From an uncultured Chloroflexia bacterium (GTDB lineage Bacteria; Chloroflexota; Ktedonobacteria; Ktedonobacterales; JADMIN01): a stretch of 32,000 bases of DNA. Shown here piece by piece: positions 26,205 to 32,000 of this stretch. The stretch is from NCBI GenBank assembly GCA_963718915.1, contig CAVRAI010000003.1:870001-902000 (forward strand), in the 5' to 3' direction. The stretch's first letter is position 1. The number at the start of each line of letters is the position of its first letter. The translations under genes and the position numbers were made by a program. Below the pieces are notes generated by a model. It was not told where the DNA came from. It worked only from the letters and a program-made list of their open reading frames with translations, and ran no database searches.

Positions 26205-26963
26205 TCACTCCGGGCTGCGGAGGCGGTAGCCAATGCCCGGTTCGGTCAGCAGGTAGCGCGGGCGGCCCGGCTCCGGCTCGATCTTGCGGCGCAGCTGGCC
26301 GATGAAGACACGTAGATAATGGGCCTCGTCCTCGTAGTCTGGCCCCCAGACCGCGCGCAGCAGCGTCCGGTGGGTGACAACCTGGCCCGCATGCATCGCC
26401 AGATACTTCAGCACCTCGTACTCGGTGGGCGTCAGATGAACCTCATGCTCATCCACCAGCACCTGACGGCGCGCGAAATCCAGCGCGAGACCGGCGGTCG
26501 TGAAGCGCGCGCCATCCCCAGCGCCGCCTGTTGCGGCGTGCGCGGCGTGGCGCAGGGCAACGCTGATGCGCGCGCGTAGCTCCCCCATGCTGAAGGGCTT
26601 GGTCAGATAGTCGTCGGCGCCTAGCTCGAGCGCGGTGATCTTATCGGCGTCGCCTGAGCGCACCGAGAGAATCAGGATGGGGACCGCCGACCAGGAGCGC
26701 AGCGCGCGCGTCACCTCGATGCCGTCCATATCGGGCAGTGAGAGGTCAAGCAGCACGACGTCTGGATGCCACTGCGCCACCATCTCCAGCCCGCGCTGGC
26801 CGTTTGGCGCCCACGCCACCGTAAACTCGCCGCTGGCCAGCCCCAGCTGCACCGCCCGGCGAATCTCTGGCTCATCGTCAATCACCAGTACCCGCGCTTT
26901 TCCGCCGCTGGTGGCCTGCTCTGTATCGGGTAGCGCATCCGCCGCCAGTTCATCGTTCGGCAT
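26205..26963 (-). CDS. kdpE: OmpR-family response regulator KdpE
   Basis: Receiver domain plus a winged helix closely colinear with E. coli KdpE (LTPTEYEVLKYL...LLRAVWGPDYEDEAHYLRVFIGQLRRKIEPEPGRPRYLLTEPGIGYRL). ATG 26963 overlaps the kinase stop by 14 nt. Confidence 0.9.
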   Translation of the reverse strand: MPNDELAADALPDTEQATSGGKARVLVIDDEPEIRRAVQLGLASGEFTVAWAPNGQRGLEMVAQWHPDVVLLDLSLPDMDGIEVTRALRSWSAVPILILSVRSGDADKITALELGADDYLTKPFSMGELRARISVALRHAAHAATGGAGDGARFTTAGLALDFARRQVLVDEHEVHLTPTEYEVLKYLAMHAGQVVTHRTLLRAVWGPDYEDEAHYLRVFIGQLRRKIEPEPGRPRYLLTEPGIGYRLRSPE

Positions 26964-28765
26964 GGCGCCCCTCCTCTTCCTCTGCCACGGTGGTCGTCTC
27001 TTCGGCATGGGGGACAACGTCTGGCAATGCGCCTTGTGGTATCTCCGTTGGGATCGGCAGCCGGAAGATGAAGGTTGATCCCTTGCCCGGCGTGCTCTCG
27101 GCCCAGATGCGGCCATCATGCGCGCGGATGATGTTATCGCTGATGGCCAGGCCGAGTCCGGTGCCGGTCGGCGGTCGGTCGGACGCCCAGGGAAGATGCA
27201 CATCATGCACGCGATAAAACTTATCGAAGATGGCGTGCAATTCGGCCGCGGGCACGCCGATCCCCTCGTCGCTGACGCGCACCTCCAGCTCGCGATCCGG
27301 CTCCTCGGTCAGCGCGGCGCTGACGCGCACCGGGCGATCCGCGGGCGAATACTTGAGCGCGTTCTCCAGCAAATTGGTCAGCACCTGCTCGATTTGCGTA
27401 TGATCCATCGGCGCCAGTGGAATATCGTCGGCGACATCCACCCGCACCTCGCGCCCCTGTAACTGTCCGGCAAGCTCCAGGCGATCCAGCACGGTGGCAA
27501 TGACATCGCCGATGAGATACCAGTCCTTTTCAGGCGTCGCCACCCCAGCTTCCTGGCGCGAGATGTCCAGCAGATTGCCCACCAGCCGGTTCAGCCGGTC
27601 GGCGCTTTCATCGATGGATTCGAGGAACTCACGGCGCTCGCTCTCGCTCCAATGCACATCAGCGCCGAGCAGGCTGGTGACCGCCGCTTTGATGGAGGCC
27701 AGTGGTGTGCGCAGGTCGTGCGTCACCGAGCCAAGAAACACATCCTTGAGCTGGTTGCTCTCGTCCAGCGCTTCGGCGTGTATTGCCTGCTGCTGGAGCG
27801 TTGCCCGGTCGATGGCAAGGGCCACCTGATCGCAACACGCGGCGAAGAGCGCTGATGCGCCACCCGCTGGCGATGATGGAGAAGATGGAGAAGATGGAGG
27901 CGAAAGCAGCGCACGAATCGCGAGGTTTCCGGTGATTGCCAGCAGACCGACGGTGCGCTGGCTGCTGGTGAGTGGGATGTAGTAGACGAGGCTCTCACCC
28001 GGTGGCGCCTCAGGCGATAGCGTGCTGGTACGGCTCAGTGTATGGGCATATCGTATCGCCGACCGTCTCGCCATGCTCCATCGCCCAGGCAGCCTCGGCG
28101 GCATAGCTCTGGCTGGTGATGCGGAGCGCCTGTTGCTCGGCGTCGGTTCCGGGGCCAGCGGCGAGCGCACGCACAACCGGGTAGATTCCCTGGCCCGGCA
28201 GCAGAATGGCCACGCCCGTAACCCCTGATGGTGAGAAGACCTTCAGCAATCGCTGTGTCAGATCGTTGAAGAGCGACCCCTGGTCCGTCGCGGAGGCGAT
28301 CAACTGGGCCACGCCGTAGAGTGTCGCGGTTCGCTGCTGGCTCTGGAGCGCCTCACGCGCGCGGTCGCGTACGGCTGATGCGAGTTGTCCGGTTACCAGC
28401 GATGTGACCAGTAGCGCGATGAGCGAGAGCCACTCGGTGGGATCGTCCACGGTGAAGCGAAAGAGCGGTGGGATGAAGAAGAGGTCATAGGCGAGAAAGG
28501 CGAGCACCGAGGCCAGGATGGCCGGGCCGCGCCCAATCCATGCCGCCAGCCAGAGCACCACCAGCAGATAGAGCAGCGAGATGTTGGCGACGTGGCCGAT
28601 TCGCCCGATCAGCGCGATGGCCAGCGACGCGCCAGCCACGCCGAGCAGCGCGTAGCCGTAGCCGCTGAGGTCTTCGCGGCTCATGCGCCAGAGCGGCAGG
28701 GAGATCAGCCATGCCCGGAGCCGTTGCGCGCTGGATTGCCAGCTGAGCGCTCTACGTCTTGCCAT
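26950..28765 (-). pseudogene. kdpD: KdpD C-terminal half (4-TM DUF4118 + GAF + HisKA + HATPase_c), frameshifted near 28020-28060
   Basis: ORF 28010..28828 has the KdpD-type TM block (ANISLLYLLVVLWLAAWIGRGPA...YDLFFIPP) and the first half of the GAF domain (AAWAMEHGETVG). ORF 26950..28176 continues with the rest of the GAF domain (LVYYIPL..QRTVGLLAI), the H-box SVTHDLRTPL and the G1/G2 boxes. The two frames differ by one base. ATG 28765 was chosen as the start. Confidence 0.85.
27875..27901. repeat. 9-nt tandem repeat, 3 copies (GATGGAGAA), encoding SSP repeats in the kinase linker
   Basis: The plus strand reads GATGGAGAA GATGGAGAA GATGGAGGC. The minus-strand translation is PPSSPSSPSSP. Confidence 0.8.
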
Positions 28766-29028
28766 ACCGTCCACGTCCTCTGAATCCTCTGAGCGCGGCC
28801 ACTCTCCTGACGCCCGCTCTCTCTCCAATTATAGGCCATCAATGTCGGCGCGTGGGCAGGCAAGGTTCGCCATCGAATGGCCCAGCGTCGCCTCACCGCG
28901 CGCCGCAATCCAGCAGAATCTCCGATGGGCCGCAAGCAAAATGTGTGATTTCCGTCATTGTCCGCATCCGTATACTAGAGATACCAATCAGGTTTGTATC
29001 GGGTTGGTCAAGAAGAGGATGGAGAATC

Positions 29029-30222
29029 ATGCGCGTTCCACGTAGACTCATGCGACCAATTCTCGCAAGTCTTTGTCTATTGGCAGTGTTGCTGCTCGCT
29101 GCCTGCGCTACCAGCGCCAACAATGGTTCGGATACGAACCCCACTCCCAGCGGCACGCCAACGTCCGCCGCACAGAGCACGCCGACCGCTGGGAGCGACA
29201 ACGGTGGCACGGGTGGCAATAGCAACCCAACGCAGGTCCCATTGAGCCAGTACAACGCCTACGCGGGCGGACAGGACAATATGTTCTACGCCTTCAACGC
29301 CGATACTGGCGCGCAACGGTGGCATTATTCGGTCGCCGGGACGCCCAACAAGCCCTGGGCGGTTACCGGCGGCGTCTTCGTCTCGACTCAGTCTGGCTAC
29401 GTCTATTCATTCGCGAAGTCTGGCTCGCTGAACTGGAGCAAATCGGTTAGCGGCGGCACGCTCAGCCGACCGACGATGGATAGCGGGATGGTCTATGTCG
29501 GCACCGATCAGGGCCGCGTCTTCGCGCTCAACAGCACCACTGGCGATATCGCCTGGAACTATACCACTGGCGGCATGATTAGCGGGACGATTCCAGTGGC
29601 GAACAACGTGGCATATGTCTCCGCCGATGGCAAGCTCTTTGCCCTGAACTCCAGTAACGGCTCGATTGTCTGGACGGCCTCGATTGGCGCGATCAGCGAG
29701 TTCACCTCACCCACCATCAGCAACAACGTCGTCTACATCGGCAACGATGGTGGCCAGCTCTCGGCGCGCAAAACGAGCGACGGCTCGGAGCTATGGCACT
29801 TTCAGGCCGGCGGCCAGATCTTTGGGAAGCCCGCGGTGGTGAATAACATCGTCTACTTCGGCGCCTCGGATCACAACTTTTATGCGGTGAACACCGGGAA
29901 TGGTTCGCTCAAGTGGAAGTTTCAGACGGGCGATAGCGTCAACGGCACGCCCAACGTCACCAATGGCATCGTCTATATTGCCTCAGGCGACCGGAATCTC
30001 TACGCGCTCGACGCCAACTCCGGCAAGGCCAAGTGGCACTTCAGCGTCGCCAACCAGAGCGTCAGCGGCGACTGGACCTCGGTAGTGAACGGGCGTGTCT
30101 ACGTTGGTATGAGCGATGGACGTATCTATGCGCTCAACGCGGGCAACGGCCAGATCATCTGGAAGACGCAGACCAGCGCGGCTGTCACCTCACCCGCCGT
30201 CGGGCCAGTAGTGTTGCCATAA
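29029..30222 (+). CDS. PQQ-like beta-propeller repeat lipoprotein
   Basis: Signal peptide with lipobox LLLAAC, then a Thr/Ser/Gly/Pro linker. Repeated ...G.VYA(L/F)N...G...W blocks follow (about 7-8). ATG 29029 is preceded by GGAGA. The upstream part of ORF 28759.. is read-through. Confidence 0.85.
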   Translation: MRVPRRLMRPILASLCLLAVLLLAACATSANNGSDTNPTPSGTPTSAAQSTPTAGSDNGGTGGNSNPTQVPLSQYNAYAGGQDNMFYAFNADTGAQRWHYSVAGTPNKPWAVTGGVFVSTQSGYVYSFAKSGSLNWSKSVSGGTLSRPTMDSGMVYVGTDQGRVFALNSTTGDIAWNYTTGGMISGTIPVANNVAYVSADGKLFALNSSNGSIVWTASIGAISEFTSPTISNNVVYIGNDGGQLSARKTSDGSELWHFQAGGQIFGKPAVVNNIVYFGASDHNFYAVNTGNGSLKWKFQTGDSVNGTPNVTNGIVYIASGDRNLYALDANSGKAKWHFSVANQSVSGDWTSVVNGRVYVGMSDGRIYALNAGNGQIIWKTQTSAAVTSPAVGPVVLP

Positions 30223-30241
30223 TCCCCGACCTCACCCCCAG

Positions 30242-30307
30242 CCCCTCTCCCACAGGGAGAGGGGAGTTCAATTGTGGGCGCCTATGCCCTCCCCTTGCAG
30301 GGGAGGG
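30242..30307 (+). repeat. Two GC-rich perfect hairpins (REP-like and/or terminator) after the lipoprotein gene
   Basis: CCCCTCTCCC-ACA-GGGAGAGGGG (30242-30264) has a 10-bp stem. CCCTCCCCT-TGC-AGGGGAGGG (30287-30307) has a 9-bp stem. No U-tract follows either. Confidence 0.6.
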
Positions 30308-30440
30308 TGGCCGAAGGCCGGGAGAGGTCCGAAACGGCGCCAGCGACAGAATATGCTACAAACTAAGGCGTGCCATTGTTTCGGCTGTGGCGCGTCTTTT
30401 TGTTGCATCGAATTCAGTGGGACAGCGAGTTATTCCCTTT

Positions 30441-31133
30441 ATGGACAACCAGATCACATTTACCCGGCGCGGCGTATGGGCTGGCGTGCGCGCCGCCGTG
30501 CCGGTCGCGTTGGGCGCGGGCGCATTTGGCGTCGTCTTCGGCGTTCTCGCGCGGCAGACGGGCCTGAGCCTGGCCGAGGCGCTGCTGATGAGCGCGATTG
30601 TCTTCGCCGGGGCGTCGCAGTTGGTGGCGCTGGGCCTCTGGGTCACGCCGCTGCCCGTCGGCGCGCTGATTCTGACGACGCTGATCGTCAACCTGCGCCA
30701 TGTGCTGATGGGCGCATCGCTCCATCCCTGGCTGGCGAAGCTGCCGCGCGGACGTGTCTATACCTCGCTCTTCTTCATGGTGGATGAAAGCTGGGCGCTG
30801 ACGCTCGGCTCGCTGACCGCTGGCGGGAATGACGGCGCGTTTCTGCTCGGCAGCGGCCTGACACTCTACGTCTTTTGGGGAACGGCCACCGCAATCGGCG
30901 AGTTGGCTGGCGGACTAGTTAGCGATCCGACACGGTGGGGGCTGGATTTCGCGTTCACGGCGGTCTTCCTGGCGCTGCTGGTGGGGTTGTGGCGCGGCAA
31001 GTCCGATCTGCTGCCCTGGCTGACGGCGGCGGTCGTCGCGATAGCCGCGGCGCAGTGGCTACCCGGCAAATGGTATATCCTCCTCGGCGGGCTGGCCGGG
31101 AGCCTGGTGGGAGCGTTCCGCCGTGGAGATTAA
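30441..31133 (+). CDS. azlC: AzlC family branched-chain amino acid permease component
   Basis: GVVFGVLA...GLS..EALLMSAIVFAGASQ...LIVNLRHVLMG matches the AzlC signature. ATG 30441. The upstream part of ORF 30033.. runs through the hairpins and is not coding. Confidence 0.85.
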   Translation: MDNQITFTRRGVWAGVRAAVPVALGAGAFGVVFGVLARQTGLSLAEALLMSAIVFAGASQLVALGLWVTPLPVGALILTTLIVNLRHVLMGASLHPWLAKLPRGRVYTSLFFMVDESWALTLGSLTAGGNDGAFLLGSGLTLYVFWGTATAIGELAGGLVSDPTRWGLDFAFTAVFLALLVGLWRGKSDLLPWLTAAVVAIAAAQWLPGKWYILLGGLAGSLVGAFRRGD

Positions 31134-31434
31134 CCCGGTCGTGCTGCTCACCATCCTGGGGATGGGCGCCGTCACCTACGCAACCCGTATCGGCGGCTTC
31201 TGGCTGCTCGGGCGCGTTACCCCGACGAAGCGCGTCGAGGCATGGATGCGCGCGATTCCGGGCGCGGTGCTGGTCTCGCTGATTGCCCCGGCGCTGCTGG
31301 CGGCGGGCGTGGTCGGCTTCGTCGCGGCGGCAGCGACCGTCCTGATCGCCGCGCGGACGCATCGGCTGCTCCCGGCGCTGGTGGCGGGCGTCGTCATCGT
31401 CGCGGTGGCGCGGCTGCTCTTTCACACTGGGTGA
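31123..31434 (+). CDS. azlD: AzlD family protein
   Basis: 103-aa, 3-4 TM protein that overlaps the azlC stop. YATRIGGFWL resembles the AzlD N-terminal motif. GTG start. Confidence 0.8.
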   Translation: MEINPVVLLTILGMGAVTYATRIGGFWLLGRVTPTKRVEAWMRAIPGAVLVSLIAPALLAAGVVGFVAAAATVLIAARTHRLLPALVAGVVIVAVARLLFHTG

Positions 31435-31582
31435 TGGAGGACCGTCGATATACTGTTTCGCTCCGACTCAATATTTGATCTCGATGATGTGTTGGCTGGG
31501 CGATCCTGAGCATGGGCAAGCCAGTGCCAGCGGTCAGTAAACTGCTGTGGCGTTCCAGCGTTGCCATCGCCGAGCTGCTATC

Positions 31583-32000
31583 CTACCCATCTCGATCAGC
31601 GCGGTCTTGGGGCTTTCGCGCCGTCCCGGCAAAGAGCCTTCGGAGTATCTCCACCCGCGACTTGAAGATAGCCTTGTAGTTGGCAATGATAGCCCACATC
31701 CCCATGATATAGATAAAGTCGATAAACCATCCGACCGTCACAAAACCTGGTGAGGAGTATTGGCTGCCGTAGTAGAACAAAGAAAGCCCGATGACTGCAC
31801 ACACTTGCGGGAGCCAGAAGTTGTACCGCATGGTTCCGAGCAACACAAGGAGGACGATGAGGCAGACCACAAGTGCGATTCCCCCGCCGATTGCGAAGCC
31901 CAGCAAGCCGTATTGGAGTCCGTAAACCAGCGACGCGCCACCAGCAACTATCCCCACTTGTGCTGGCCAGAAGACGCCACAGTAGAGGAAAGCGGCAAAA
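31583..32000 (-). CDS. Hypothetical multi-TM membrane protein (5' end outside the window)
   Basis: Hydrophobic ORF. The frame stays open from 31957 to the window edge (…FAAFLYCGVFWPAQVGIVAGG…). I recognise no family. Confidence 0.5.
   Translation of the reverse strand, partial: FAAFLYCGVFWPAQVGIVAGGASLVYGLQYGLLGFAIGGGIALVVCLIVLLVLLGTMRYNFWLPQVCAVIGLSLFYYGSQYSSPGFVTVGWFIDFIYIMGMWAIIANYKAIFKSRVEILRRLFAGTARKPQDRADRDG

Noticed and set aside
28759-29028. N-terminal 90-aa extension of the PQQ-like lipoprotein ORF, and similarly 30033..30440 ahead of azlC.
   Set aside because: These are read-through of intergenic DNA. The internal ATGs (29029, 30441) have an SD and give a proper signal peptide or family N-terminus.
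1-32000. CRISPR arrays, tRNA or rRNA genes, and prophage or IS elements.
   Set aside because: I found no regularly spaced short repeats, no cloverleaf-like or rRNA-like stretches, and no phage or transposase protein signatures in the six-frame translations.

Overview
High-GC bacterial chromosomal window (about 60-65% GC by eye, not computed) with about 40 genes. The gene content and the GGGGAGAGGGG-type hairpins suggest Chloroflexota, but that is a low-confidence guess. I found no rRNA, tRNA, CRISPR array, transposase or integrase.

Gene order, left to right:
- Two divergent MFS transporters, a DUF155/RMD1-like membrane-anchored protein, a putative esterase, hpt, a Nudix hydrolase and a DtxR-family regulator.
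- A NarL-type two-component pair, a GNAT, folE, a small zinc-ribbon protein, a PaaI thioesterase, an SDR and an M24 Xaa-Pro aminopeptidase.
- A visibly AT-richer islet with two toxin-antitoxin operons (DUF433/DUF5615-like and VapBC).
- A long minus-strand kdp operon: stand-alone receiver, 27-aa peptide, kdpF, kdpA, kdpB, kdpC, a 129-aa unknown, and a KdpD N-terminal/Usp protein.
- An AT-richer block with a small protein plus HNH nuclease, a nucleotidyltransferase, and MarR plus an SRPBCC protein.
- The kdpD histidine-kinase half plus kdpE, a PQQ-like beta-propeller lipoprotein, azlCD, and a partial membrane protein at the right edge.

Most notable observations:
1. KdpD is split into two genes about 9 kb apart. 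The kdp operon also carries extra genes and a KdpE-box-like TTTACG-N5-TTTACG direct repeat upstream.
2. The vapBC cassette is bracketed by a 109-bp direct repeat (105/109 identical). The repeat duplicates the 3' end of the KdpD-N gene plus a TAGAAT promoter element, which looks like the scar of a Campbell-type cassette insertion.
3. Four genes are disrupted: esterase, kdpA and the kdpD kinase half by frameshifts, and Nudix by an in-frame TGA at a conserved Trp. All three frameshifts are repaired by removing one base.
4. A 200-nt intergenic element is closed by a 28-bp imperfect inverted repeat. It could be a rod-like RNA or a MITE.
5. An ATGA-coupled small-protein/HNH pair of unknown function.

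None of this could be checked against databases here.
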